Source: a candidate division Zixibacteria bacterium SM23_73_2 (GTDB lineage: Bacteria; Zixibacteria; MSB-5A5; SM23-73-2). Taken from it: DNA of 64,000 nt. A program made the translations under genes and the position numbers. Below the pieces are notes generated by a model. It worked only from the letters and a program-made list of their open reading frames with translations. It did not search any database and was not told the origin of the DNA. Below are positions 36,483 through 46,227 of the stretch, in pieces. The stretch is from assembly GCA_001304315.1 (NCBI GenBank), contig LJUW01000004.1, forward strand, positions 1,018 to 65,017, read 5' to 3'. Position 1 is the first letter of the stretch. Every line of letters begins with the position of its first letter.

Positions 36483-37382
36483 TTAGTGGGAATTAAGCGG
36501 GCGATCCTCTTTTTTGTCAGAAGAACTCTTTTCTTTTTCTTTGATGCTTTTGGTTGCTTTTAGTTTTGTCACTTTAACCGTTTTTATTCTCTGACCCGCT
36601 ACCTTCTCAACCAAAAACTTAAGTCCTGAGGACTTTAAAACCACTCCCTCCCTGGGCACGCTTCCAACCAGATCGTAGATGTACCCCCCGACCGTCTCGA
36701 ATTCCTTTTCCGGAATATCGGTATCCAAAGCTGTGTTTAAATCCTCGATGGAAATATTAGCTGATACTCTGAAATTTTCCTCATCCAGCTTTTTTATCTT
36801 CTCCTCCTCCATATCGTACTCATCCTGGATCTCCCCCACGATCTCCTCCAAGATATCCTCCATGGTCACCAATCCCGAAGTTCCCCCGTATTCATCCACC
36901 ACCACTGCCAGATGAATCTTTTCTTTTTTCATCTCCTTTAAAAGCTCGTCGATTTTTTTGGATTCGGGAATGAAATAGGGCTTTCGGACAAGTTTGGATA
37001 AATCGAGTTTTTCCTCGCTCTCGATTAAAAGAAGATCTTTAGCATGAAGGGTTCCAATTATGTTATCGATGTTGTCTTTATATATAGGAATCCGCGAATG
37101 TCCATGTTTGGTAATAAGCTCCTTCACCTTCTCCAGAGGGGTATCGAGCGAAGCACATACCACATCGATCCTGGGAACCATAATCTCCTTAACCGAAGTA
37201 TCCCCGAATTCGATGATCCGGCTAACCATCTTTTTCTCATCTTCCTCAAGTGCCTTTACCTCCTCGATCGGATCAAATTTTCTCTCACCCTCTTTTTCAT
37301 TGGATTTATCCTCATCGGAAACCGAAGATTTTTCACTCAGGTTTCCCCTAACCTTTTTGAAAATATCTTTTATCAAGCCCAT
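36483..37382 (-). CDS. CBS-pair + CorC_HlyC transporter-associated domain protein (CorC/YbeX-like)
   Basis: Two CBS motifs and a C-terminal CorC_HlyC domain. No DUF21 membrane domain. Last gene of the ybeZYX-like operon. Confidence 0.75.
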   Translation of the reverse strand: MGLIKDIFKKVRGNLSEKSSVSDEDKSNEKEGERKFDPIEEVKALEEDEKKMVSRIIEFGDTSVKEIMVPRIDVVCASLDTPLEKVKELITKHGHSRIPIYKDNIDNIIGTLHAKDLLLIESEEKLDLSKLVRKPYFIPESKKIDELLKEMKKEKIHLAVVVDEYGGTSGLVTMEDILEEIVGEIQDEYDMEEEKIKKLDEENFRVSANISIEDLNTALDTDIPEKEFETVGGYIYDLVGSVPREGVVLKSSGLKFLVEKVAGQRIKTVKVTKLKATKSIKEKEKSSSDKKEDRPLNSH

Positions 37383-37837
37383 CTATTTCCCTTTTTTAAA
37401 TTGAGATATCGGTCCTCTTTATTTTTCATCAACAAGGATTTTTTCTTGTTCTGGTGATGGTACCCCAAAAGGTGAAGAATCCCGTGAGCGACCAGAAGGT
37501 TTACCTCCTCCTGGAAAGATTTACGGTATTCTTTTGCATATTCTTCTGCCCGATCCAGGTTAACGTAGACCTCTCCAAAAACATCAGGCTCCACCCCCAT
37601 ATTTCCACCCTTCCTCATATCGAATGACAGCACATCGGTGGATGAGTTTTTTCTTTTGAATTTCCGATTGAGCTCTCTCATCTTTTTATCATCGACGAAG
37701 ACGATGTTTAACTTCTCCTGTCTTTTTTCACCTTCCATTATCTTCTGGGCTAACCTCTTTATCCCGGTCGCAGAGACTCTTTTTTTTGGATGAAGATTAG
37801 CTGTTGTGATATCATTTGGATTGGTCTTTTTCCTCAT
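37373..37837 (-). CDS. ybeY: Endoribonuclease YbeY (rRNA maturation factor)
   Basis: 'HGILHLLGYHH' H3xH5xH zinc motif. 154 aa. Confidence 0.85.
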   Translation of the reverse strand: MRKKTNPNDITTANLHPKKRVSATGIKRLAQKIMEGEKRQEKLNIVFVDDKKMRELNRKFKRKNSSTDVLSFDMRKGGNMGVEPDVFGEVYVNLDRAEEYAKEYRKSFQEEVNLLVAHGILHLLGYHHQNKKKSLLMKNKEDRYLNLKKGNRWA

Positions 37838-37852
37838 CCTAATTCCACCAGA

Positions 37853-40096
37853 TCATCTCTCTTCCACCAGCTCAGGATAATCAACTCGGGGGTGAAATAC
37901 CCCTATCAGGATGGGCACGAAGCTTTCCTCTATGACGTGAAGATCTTTCAAGGTCAGGTCACACTCATCCAGCTCCCCCGATTCGAATTTATCCATTATA
38001 ATCCTTTTAACTACCGCTTTTATTCTCGAGGATTTAGGATCCTCCAGGGTTCGTGATGCCGCTTCCACCGCATCCGCAAGCATCAAGATAGCTGCCTCCT
38101 TCGACTGTGGTTTGGGGCCCGGGTATCGGAATTCATCCTTCACCTCCTCGGAGGCACCCTGCTCCAGTGCTTTATTATAGAAGTAATTCATCACCGTGGT
38201 GCCGTGATGCTCCTTCATCAGGTCAATTAACTGCTTGGGTAACTTAGCTTTTTTAGCCATCTCCACTCCCTCCTTCACATGTGATTCTAAGATCAAGGCA
38301 CTCATCGAAGGGGTGAGCTTCTCATGTTTGCTTTTAAATCCCATCTGATTCTCAACAAAATATTCGGGTTTCTCCATCTTTCCGATGTCGTGATAATAAG
38401 CTCCCACCCTTGCCAGGAGGGTGTTGGCCCCCAAAGATTTAGCCGCTGCCTCAGCCAGATTACCGATGACAATCGAATGGTGATAGGTCCCTGGAGCTAC
38501 CAGAGCCAGTCTTTTCAAAAGGGGATTATTCAAATCGGAAAGCTCCAGAAGGGTAATATCCGTGGTTATATTGAAGAGGGATTCGAACATCGGTAAAAGC
38601 CCCATAGTCAAAACCGTGGAGAAAAATCCGTTGAAAATCCCATATCCGCAAAGCTCGATAATCTTTGGCGTGTGAGAAAATTTTAAGGATTCCATCAAAA
38701 AGATCAAAACCACATAAACGAAGCAAACGTAGAGCATGGGACGGTAAAATTTATATCTGTGGGTAACCTCTCTTACGCTGTAAGCAGCCACGCTTCCGGA
38801 AACCAGAGAGACTAAAGCAAAGTTCAAATTGAAATTGTGCATCATCCCCAGAAGAAAAGATAGGATGAAAGTGACTATCAAACCTGTTTCCACCCCAAGG
38901 AGAATGGTCAAAAGCAAAGAGGTTAAAGCAACCGGAACCAGATACTCGGACAGCTGCCACTGGAAAACAATCAGATAAGCCAAAAGAACCTCGGTTAAGA
39001 TCAAGATGGTGATCATCAAAAGCTTGGAGGTGTCGAAAAGAAGTTCCCTTTTAAAAATATACAAGAATATCAAAAGGATCAGAATCATGGAGAATACAAA
39101 GATCATCCTTCCTATGACCAAAAGAACGAACTCCCAGCGATTATCCTTGAAGCTCCATTTAACTTCAGAGGAAGCCAAAGATGAAAGTTTCTCCAACTCA
39201 CTATGACTGATTATCTGGTCTTTCTCCACGATCTCCTCACCTTTCAGGACCAATCCCTTATGCTTGGGTATAGATGCTAAAAGTTCCTCCCTGCGTTTGT
39301 TGGTCTCCTCAAGGTCAAATTTAAGGTTGGGTACTAAAAAGTGGAATGTGATTTCATAGGCTGTCGTAGCATAAAGTGCATCACTTTTAAACCTTTCCCG
39401 AGCTAAATATGAAAGCTCCTTTTTAGCCTCGGTTAAAGTAAGAATCTTATCTTTGGTCGTTACCAGAGTCTCCTTTCCTTCCTGCAGGATCAGAACGGAA
39501 TTGAGGTTTTCAAAGGAATGGTTCTCAAAATCGTTAACCACTCCTATCTTATATATATCCGTTAATATCTCCAAGCAAGTGGGCTTGAGCTTCTCAAAGG
39601 ATTTCGTATTGGCCAAAAGCTTTGTACTCTCTTTGGTTAAGAAGGGGAATACCAGACTTAGTTTCTCCTCCCTCAGGTCTATTCCTTTGGTATTCTGATT
39701 GAGGCTATCCAGCTTAGAAAAAAATTGGTTGAGCGAGTTCAGAACGGAAAAACTAACGTTTCTCTCCCGTTTAAGGACAATGTGGAGATTGGACAAAGCC
39801 AGCTTTTTATCCTTCTCTAACTCCTCGTCGGTTTTTAGAATCGGAAAAGTGAAAGGAGCTAAAATATCGTCCTTGGCGATCTCACCCTCCCGTGGAAGCT
39901 CAGGGGGTTGATACATCGATTCCACCGGATAAATAAAGGATATGAAAAGAAGTAAAAAAAGAGCCAAAAAAACCTTTAGAATTTTATCCAAGGTCTTTTT
40001 TTTAGGCTTTTTGTTATTATCTTTTTTGGGAGAAAAAAGTTTTCTTATCCTTACTTTCCACCTTAAAAAAGGCCATTTAAACATAAATCGAGGCAA
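37853..40096 (-). CDS. 7TM-receptor with intracellular HD hydrolase domain (PgpH/YqfF-like cyclic-di-AMP phosphodiesterase family)
   Basis: N-terminal extracellular domain, 7 TM helices, C-terminal HD/HDIG domain ('HSIVIGNLAEAAA...YYHDIGK'). Sits between phoH and ybeY as in Firmicutes. Confidence 0.75.
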   Translation of the reverse strand: MPRFMFKWPFLRWKVRIRKLFSPKKDNNKKPKKKTLDKILKVFLALFLLLFISFIYPVESMYQPPELPREGEIAKDDILAPFTFPILKTDEELEKDKKLALSNLHIVLKRERNVSFSVLNSLNQFFSKLDSLNQNTKGIDLREEKLSLVFPFLTKESTKLLANTKSFEKLKPTCLEILTDIYKIGVVNDFENHSFENLNSVLILQEGKETLVTTKDKILTLTEAKKELSYLARERFKSDALYATTAYEITFHFLVPNLKFDLEETNKRREELLASIPKHKGLVLKGEEIVEKDQIISHSELEKLSSLASSEVKWSFKDNRWEFVLLVIGRMIFVFSMILILLIFLYIFKRELLFDTSKLLMITILILTEVLLAYLIVFQWQLSEYLVPVALTSLLLTILLGVETGLIVTFILSFLLGMMHNFNLNFALVSLVSGSVAAYSVREVTHRYKFYRPMLYVCFVYVVLIFLMESLKFSHTPKIIELCGYGIFNGFFSTVLTMGLLPMFESLFNITTDITLLELSDLNNPLLKRLALVAPGTYHHSIVIGNLAEAAAKSLGANTLLARVGAYYHDIGKMEKPEYFVENQMGFKSKHEKLTPSMSALILESHVKEGVEMAKKAKLPKQLIDLMKEHHGTTVMNYFYNKALEQGASEEVKDEFRYPGPKPQSKEAAILMLADAVEAASRTLEDPKSSRIKAVVKRIIMDKFESGELDECDLTLKDLHVIEESFVPILIGVFHPRVDYPELVEER

Positions 40097-40107
40097 AACT
40101 TCTGCCT

Positions 40108-41085
40108 CTAACTTCCTCCTTTTCTCTGTGACTGAAACTTCTCGTAAGCTTTGATCACATCCTGAACCAGCTTATGCCTTACCACATCCTTCTCAGTAAG
40201 ATATACGAACTTTATCCCCTTTATTCCAGACAAAATTTTCTGTGATTGGACCAGCCCGGATGCTACCTTATTGGCCAGATCTATCTGGGTGATATCCCCG
40301 GTGACTATCGCCTTGGAGTTCTCCCCTAAACGGGTTAAAAACATCTTCATCTGATCTGAGGTAGTGTTCTGGGCTTCATCCAGGATAACGAAGCAGTTGT
40401 TCAAAGTCCTTCCCCTCATGAAAGCCAAAGGTGATATCTCAATTATCCCCAACTCCATCAGTTTTCTGATCTTCTCAGCGGTTAACATATCGTGCAGAGC
40501 ATCATATACCGGCCTTAAATACGGGTCGACTTTCGCTCTGATGTCCCCGGGTAAAAATCCCAGACTTTCCCCTGCCTCAACCGCAGGTCTTACCAAAACC
40601 AGCCTTTCCACCCTCTTCTGCTTCAGCGCAGAAACTGCCATAGCTACCGCCAAATAGGTCTTCCCTGTGCCCGCGGGTCCGATGACCAAAACTATATCGT
40701 ATCCCTCCATAGCCTTGAGGTAATCCTTTTGACCCAGGGTTCGCGGTTTTATGCCCTTTTTGGTAGTAAGGGAAGTTACCAAAGTTTTGGCTTGAAGATC
40801 TTCAAAAGGTCCTTTTTTTCTTTCTTTCACCATGGATATAGCATAAATCAGGTATCTTTCATTCAGCTCCTGGTTTTTATCCACATAAGATATCAAATCC
40901 GAAAAAAGCTTTTCCAGCTTCTCCACCTCCCCTTTTTCCCCTTCTAACTTTATCCCATCCCCTCGAGCGATGATCCTGACGTCGAATTCATCCTGTATCA
41001 TGCGCAGGAAAGCATCGCTCTGGCCAAATAGAATTCTCTGGTCTACACCCGAAAGGTCAATTTTTCTGGTTGTGAGCTTTTCCAA
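40108..41085 (-). CDS. PhoH-like ATPase (YbeZ)
   Basis: Walker A 'GPAGTGKTYLAVA' and PhoH signature. N-terminal KH-like region. Confidence 0.85.
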   Translation of the reverse strand: MEKLTTRKIDLSGVDQRILFGQSDAFLRMIQDEFDVRIIARGDGIKLEGEKGEVEKLEKLFSDLISYVDKNQELNERYLIYAISMVKERKKGPFEDLQAKTLVTSLTTKKGIKPRTLGQKDYLKAMEGYDIVLVIGPAGTGKTYLAVAMAVSALKQKRVERLVLVRPAVEAGESLGFLPGDIRAKVDPYLRPVYDALHDMLTAEKIRKLMELGIIEISPLAFMRGRTLNNCFVILDEAQNTTSDQMKMFLTRLGENSKAIVTGDITQIDLANKVASGLVQSQKILSGIKGIKFVYLTEKDVVRHKLVQDVIKAYEKFQSQRKGGS

Positions 41086-41088
41086 TTT

Positions 41089-42915
41089 TTATTTTTTCCC
41101 CAAATCGATTTTAATGCCCAGCTCCCTCAATTGCGTTTGATCCACCTCTTCTGGTGCACCATCCATTAAAGACAAAGCCTGAGTGGTCTTGGGAAAAACT
41201 ATAACATCCCTGATGGAATCGGAGCCGGTCATCAAAGCAACAATCCGATCCAAGCCAGGTGCTATACCTCCATGGGGAGGGGCTCCGTATTCCAGTGCAT
41301 TCAAAAGGAAACCGAATGCTTTCTCTGCTCTTTTGTCTTCCCATCCCAGGATATTTAAGATTTTAAGCTGAATATCTTTTTTATGATTTCTGATTCCACC
41401 CGAGGCGATCTCCACTCCGTTTAAAACCAGATCGTACTGCCTGGCTTTAATTTTACGCCAGGGATGAGAGGGATCATCTAAGGGTAGATTCGATTTGAAT
41501 CCCTGATCCAATTTATCAATGTCCTCCTCATAAGGCATTGTTACTATATTATGCATGGCCATAAATCTTTTCTCCTCCGGACTGTACTCAAAAAGAGGAA
41601 AATCGGTGATCCACAAAAAATTCCATTTAGATCGATCAACCAGATCATAATTTTTGGCTATCTGATTCCTCAACCTGCCCAGAGAAGTTAAAACCACTTC
41701 CTCTTTCCCGGCTATAATAAAGCCGGTGTCTTCCTCCTCCAATTTCAATTTATCACAGAGGGTATCCTTTTCTTTCTGCTCAACGAATTTAGCAATAGGT
41801 GATTTTATACCCTCTTTCGTTTTGGATATCCACAGAAGCCCTTTTGCACCAGAATCTTTGACAAAGCTTTCCAGTTCCTCAATCTTTTTTCTGGACAGGG
41901 TTCTGCTCCTCTTGAAATTTATTCCGCAAACAGACCCACCGCTTTTAACCGTATCGGAAAACAACTTATAGGCAGAGGAGGTCAAAACATCTGTTAGATC
42001 CTCTATCTCCATTTCAAACCTGGTATCGGGTTTATCCGTTCCATACCTTTTCATAGCTTCAACAAAGCTGAGTCGGGGAAAGGGAGTCTCTACCTCAACG
42101 TTTTTGACCTTTTTAAAAACATAAGCCATCATCCCCTCAGTAACCGCGAAAACATCATCCTCGGTAACGAATGCCATCTCCATATCTATCTGAGTATGTT
42201 CCGGCTGCCGGTCAGCCCTGAGATCCTCATCCCTCAAACAGCGAGCTATCTGAAAATACCTGTCGAAACCCGAGATCATCAGAATCTGCTTCAAAAGCTG
42301 AGGGGATTGGGGGAGAGCAAAGAACTTCCCTGGATTGGTCCTGGAGGGAACTATAAAATCCCTAGCTCCCTCTGGGGTGCTCCTGATCAAAAGAGGGGTC
42401 TCTATCTCGTAAAATCCCTGGGAATCCAAATAATCCCTCACCGCCTTTGTTGCCTGGTGTCTCACCCTGATTTTTTCCTGCAAAGGGGACCTGCGTAAGT
42501 CCAGGTATCTGTATTTTAATCTGAGATCCTCACTGGCAGAGGTTTGGTCCTCGATCTCAAAAGGAGGAGTTTTGGAGGGATTTAAAACTTCCAGCTTTTC
42601 TACTAAAAGCTCGATGTCTCCGGTTTTCATTTTGGTATTTCTCATTCCCTCAGGTCTCAAACCAACCTTTCCTTCCACGCTTATCACGTACTCTGCCCGG
42701 AGATGAGATGCTTTCCTGATGGTCTCATCATCAAGAGAATCCGGCTTGAAAACCACCTGGGTTTTTCCATAACGATCCCGCAGGTCGATGAATATCACAC
42801 CCCCGTGATTTCTCCACCTGTGCACCCAGCCGTTAAGTATCACCTTTTTGCCCGCATCCGAACTGCCCAATTCCCCGCAGGTATGGGTTCTCTTTAAGCT
42901 CTTGAAATCAGCCAT
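41089..42915 (-). CDS. aspS: Aspartate--tRNA ligase
   Basis: Class IIb aaRS. N-terminal OB anticodon-binding domain, motifs 1-3, 'GGIRNH', 'PPHGGIAPGLDRIVALM'. Confidence 0.9.
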   Translation of the reverse strand: MADFKSLKRTHTCGELGSSDAGKKVILNGWVHRWRNHGGVIFIDLRDRYGKTQVVFKPDSLDDETIRKASHLRAEYVISVEGKVGLRPEGMRNTKMKTGDIELLVEKLEVLNPSKTPPFEIEDQTSASEDLRLKYRYLDLRRSPLQEKIRVRHQATKAVRDYLDSQGFYEIETPLLIRSTPEGARDFIVPSRTNPGKFFALPQSPQLLKQILMISGFDRYFQIARCLRDEDLRADRQPEHTQIDMEMAFVTEDDVFAVTEGMMAYVFKKVKNVEVETPFPRLSFVEAMKRYGTDKPDTRFEMEIEDLTDVLTSSAYKLFSDTVKSGGSVCGINFKRSRTLSRKKIEELESFVKDSGAKGLLWISKTKEGIKSPIAKFVEQKEKDTLCDKLKLEEEDTGFIIAGKEEVVLTSLGRLRNQIAKNYDLVDRSKWNFLWITDFPLFEYSPEEKRFMAMHNIVTMPYEEDIDKLDQGFKSNLPLDDPSHPWRKIKARQYDLVLNGVEIASGGIRNHKKDIQLKILNILGWEDKRAEKAFGFLLNALEYGAPPHGGIAPGLDRIVALMTGSDSIRDVIVFPKTTQALSLMDGAPEEVDQTQLRELGIKIDLGKK

Positions 42916-42937
42916 TTATCACCTGAAGTTCTTTTCG

Positions 42938-43273
42938 TTAATGTCTTTTATAAATTATCTTACCAGTCCTTTTTATCTCACCCAAAAAATCCAACTGAGT
43001 TGCATTCTTATATTCATCGGGAGTATAACCCAAAGCTTCAATTTCTGTAATCTTTGCTTGCCAGGCTATCATTCCTAAAAGAACCAATCTTTTATGAAAA
43101 TTCATTTTTTTGAAGTCATCTGAGATCACAGCCAAATCAATATCACTCCATCTTTTCTGTTTCCCTCTGATAACCGACCCAAAAAGAATGACCTTTTCTA
43201 TATCGATATTATCTTTCAATATAGTGATAAACTTCTCTATTTTTATTAAAGCTTTATCTCTTTTTTTAGCCAT
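42938..43273 (-). CDS. Nucleotidyltransferase-domain protein (MNT-type antitoxin-like)
   Basis: 'ILFGSVIRGKQKRWSDIDLAVI' minimal NTase GS...D.D motif. Overlaps the HEPN gene by 28 bp. Confidence 0.75.
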   Translation of the reverse strand: MAKKRDKALIKIEKFITILKDNIDIEKVILFGSVIRGKQKRWSDIDLAVISDDFKKMNFHKRLVLLGMIAWQAKITEIEALGYTPDEYKNATQLDFLGEIKRTGKIIYKRH

Positions 43274-43656
43274 TCTATAACCTTTTCGGTTTTATTAAAA
43301 ATTCTCTCAGCTGTTTTAAAATCTTTTATCTCCACCGATTCTCTATAGGATGGATAACGAGCTGATATATAGTATTTATCTATATCCACTATTGCAATTA
43401 GGAATTTCTCCGGTACTGTCAATTTTAACTCCTCACACAATCTCTCCAGCTTGTGAATATAAGGAGGAGTCTTGTTATGCTTTTTTACGTAAATACCCTT
43501 TAGATATTTCTCTATAGCCTGTTGACAGATAAAAGCACACCAGCTATATCTTCGGGCTTCAAGCATCGCTTTTGCAGATTTTAAATCTTCCTTGGATTTA
43601 TCGAACCAGAGTTTAGCTACATTCTCAGAATTTCCACTTTTTGGATATTTATTCAT
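43246..43656 (-). CDS. HEPN-domain protein (toxin-like partner of MNT)
   Basis: 136 aa, all-alpha. Paired and overlapping with the NTase gene, as in HepT/MntA modules. Confidence 0.6.
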   Translation of the reverse strand: MNKYPKSGNSENVAKLWFDKSKEDLKSAKAMLEARRYSWCAFICQQAIEKYLKGIYVKKHNKTPPYIHKLERLCEELKLTVPEKFLIAIVDIDKYYISARYPSYRESVEIKDFKTAERIFNKTEKVIEWLKKEIKL

Positions 43657-43833
43657 AATTAGAAATTAAATTCTAAAGATAATCCATCGTTTCGCTAACT
43701 ATTTTAGTCTTCTTATCAGTTAGAGGAGAAAACAAACGAGTGCTTCTTGAAAAATAATCGCTTATTCTCCTGAGAATCAAAAAAAACTATATCCCCTATC
43801 ATCTTATTGTTCATATATTCTCATTTAAAACTA

Positions 43834-43851
43834 TTATGACAAATGTCATAA
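43834..43851. promoter_or_regulatory. Palindromic operator candidate 'ttatgaca-aa-tgtcataa' upstream of the HEPN/MNT pair
   Basis: Perfect 8-bp inverted arms with a 2-bp spacer, about 180 bp upstream of the HEPN start in an AT-rich gap. Confidence 0.3.
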
Positions 43852-43967
43852 GTATCGCTTTTTTTTGATCTATAAAAAAATCCCTCAATTTTCTGAGTTG
43901 TCTGGTTAATCAAATCATTTTTTTATACATCCATGATAAGCATAAAGAGAAATTTGTCAACCTAAAT

Positions 43968-44366
43968 TCAACTCTCCACTTTCTGCTTTCTCGATCTTTG
44001 AATTACAAAAAGAAAGAATTGAACCGAAACCACTCCAATAAAATCGGCTAAAAAGTCAAAAAAATCACAATATCTTCCAGGAACAGAAATCTGGTAAAGC
44101 TCGCTTCCCAGAGCATGAGCTCCACCTAAAAGTATACTGAAAAAGTGAGGATTACCTTTAAAAAATCTGTTTTCCTTCTGGGAGAGTGCCAAAAACAAAA
44201 GATATGAAAAAACCGCATAGACCAGAAAATGATAAATTTTGTCTACAGGATCAAACCCAAACTTGGGGTAAGACAGAGAAGAAACAGAGGTTAAAACAAA
44301 GATTAAAATAGCGTAAGATATAACCAAAAGCCAGCGATTCATAAAGAAAATCTTTTTAATGGACAA
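43968..44366 (-). CDS. VanZ-like family membrane protein
   Basis: 132 aa, 4 TM helices, arrangement typical of VanZ-like proteins. Confidence 0.45.
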   Translation of the reverse strand: MSIKKIFFMNRWLLVISYAILIFVLTSVSSLSYPKFGFDPVDKIYHFLVYAVFSYLLFLALSQKENRFFKGNPHFFSILLGGAHALGSELYQISVPGRYCDFFDFLADFIGVVSVQFFLFVIQRSRKQKVES

Positions 44367-44374
44367 CTCCTTAC

Positions 44375-45883
44375 CTATTTTTTCCTTTTGATTCTGCCCT
44401 CAACTTCAGAATCGATCCGCTTTTGCTTTTTCACAGCACGGATATAGACATCCCTGTCCAGATCAGGGTAAATTCTACAGGCTATTTCCTCTTTAGGTTT
44501 TCCAATATAATTTTCCAAATGATCCAGCATATAATCGTTTATCGCCACCTTATAATTTTTCTTCGGCAAAAGAGGAATCCCGTTTACCGAAACCTCGAAT
44601 ATCCTCTCCCCTTCAGGTTTCTGGGGATCATAGCTATATTCGATTCCCGAGACCTGCATTAGTAAATAACCAGAAGAGTTTTTCTCCAGCACATCCAGAA
44701 GCTCTTCCCCGGTTAAATGGAAACTGACGAAATGATCCGAGAAGGGATTTATCTCCCATATATCTCTGATCGTTATAGATCCCGCAGGCAGGTTTTTCCT
44801 CAAAGCACCGGAATTGATAAAAGCAACGTCAGATTTTGTATATTCCCTTATAACATCCGCTGTCCAATTGTATAAATTAGATTCCCCCTTGCTACTTCTT
44901 ATCCAGGGAGAAAGAAGCGTACCTATAACCTTATCCAGATCCGGTGCTAATTTTTTTTCCAATGAATCGACCTTCCTTTGAATAGCCCGATCTGGCGAAA
45001 CCTTACTGTTTTCTGTCTCGATTAGTCTATTTTCAAAATTGATTAACCGTTCCTTTTCCAGATCAAAAACCAGATCCAATTTCCCGATATACCTCCCCTT
45101 TGAGCCTGCCTGGCAGATTACAGTTTGATTTATAACCTCAGGATAAATAAGTCGAGTATGGCTATGTCCGCCGATTATTACATCTATACCCTTAACTTCC
45201 TGAGCAACCTCTTTATCTTTACTAAATCCCATATGACTGACCAGCACTATCAGATCAGCTTCTTTTTCCAAAAGTCCCAGATACTTTTGGCAGGTTTTTT
45301 TTGCTGAACCTACCTTCAATCCCAAAGTTCCCTTCTCCACCACCTCCTCCTTAAGATCTTCTGTATTCAATCCCATAAATGCGATTTTAGCTTTTCCTCT
45401 TTTTAAGATCAAGTAAGGTAAAACCAAAGGCTCTCCGGTCTTTTGCTCAACCACATTGGCACAGATAATCGGAAACTCGGCAAAATCGATTAAACTTTTC
45501 AAATTATCCAAGCCATAATCGAATTCATGGTTGCCCAACTCGAAGATATCGGGTTTTATCCTATTTAAAATCTCAAACTCAGCTTTTCCGGAGGTCAAAG
45601 TAGAAAGCGGTGTTCCCACCAGCTCATCCCCAGCACAGACTAAAACGCAATTCTCAGATTTCTCCTTTAAAGAGTCAAGCCAGGAAGAAAAATAGGCGCT
45701 TCCTGAGACCAGAGGGGATCCCGGATCATCAGATGAAGGGTAGGGATTAAAACTTGCATGGAAATCGTTCCAGTATAGAATGGTTACCTTCTCAAGTTCA
45801 GGCTGCTTTCCACAACCTGTGGTTAAGAAAAGGACAAAAACTATAATAAAAAATATGTAGAAAGATCTTTTATGGTCTATCAT
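44375..45883 (-). CDS. Bifunctional metallophosphatase / 5'-nucleotidase family lipoprotein (UshA-like)
   Basis: Lipobox 'LTTGCG', 'YWNDFHA', 'GNHEFDYG', and a C-terminal 5'-nucleotidase substrate-binding domain. Confidence 0.8.
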   Translation of the reverse strand: MIDHKRSFYIFFIIVFVLFLTTGCGKQPELEKVTILYWNDFHASFNPYPSSDDPGSPLVSGSAYFSSWLDSLKEKSENCVLVCAGDELVGTPLSTLTSGKAEFEILNRIKPDIFELGNHEFDYGLDNLKSLIDFAEFPIICANVVEQKTGEPLVLPYLILKRGKAKIAFMGLNTEDLKEEVVEKGTLGLKVGSAKKTCQKYLGLLEKEADLIVLVSHMGFSKDKEVAQEVKGIDVIIGGHSHTRLIYPEVINQTVICQAGSKGRYIGKLDLVFDLEKERLINFENRLIETENSKVSPDRAIQRKVDSLEKKLAPDLDKVIGTLLSPWIRSSKGESNLYNWTADVIREYTKSDVAFINSGALRKNLPAGSITIRDIWEINPFSDHFVSFHLTGEELLDVLEKNSSGYLLMQVSGIEYSYDPQKPEGERIFEVSVNGIPLLPKKNYKVAINDYMLDHLENYIGKPKEEIACRIYPDLDRDVYIRAVKKQKRIDSEVEGRIKRKK

Positions 45884-46039
45884 AACAAAGAAAAACTCGA
45901 TTCTCTTTGAGACGTCATAATGTTTTACATAAACTTTAAATATCTACGGATGATAATATCTGCCAACTAAACTTTACCGTCAAAGTTATTTATCTTAAAA
46001 ATAATAATTCTTTTTATTTGTCAACGAAAAATGTAAAGG

Positions 46040-46081
46040 CGTGAAAAGAAAAAGAGCTGACACCTCCCCTGGCATCAGCTC
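46040..46081 (-). terminator. Rho-independent terminator downstream of the K-rich small ORF
   Basis: Minus-strand hairpin 'gagctga...tcagctc' (7-bp stem) followed by 'tttttcttttc'. Confidence 0.5.
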
Positions 46082-46107
46082 TATTCTCCATTGACAAGCT
46101 TGGTAAA

Positions 46108-46203
46108 CTACCTTCTTCTGGTGGTCTTCTTCTTAGTAGCCTTCTTCTTGGTAGTTTTTTTCTTAGCGGTCTTCTTCTTAGTAGCCTTCTTCTTAGCTGG
46201 CAT
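46108..46203 (-). CDS. Candidate 31-aa lysine-rich peptide 'MPAKKKATKKKTAKKKTTKKKATKKKTTRRR'
   Basis: RBS 'GGAGGTGA' 5 nt upstream of the ATG. Sits 24 bp downstream of the GxxExxY gene and ends just upstream of a terminator. The sequence is a KKKAT/KKKT repeat resembling histone H1-like tails. Confidence 0.3.
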   Translation of the reverse strand: MPAKKKATKKKTAKKKTTKKKATKKKTTRRR

Positions 46204-46227
46204 TAAGTTCACCTCCTTCCTTATTTT

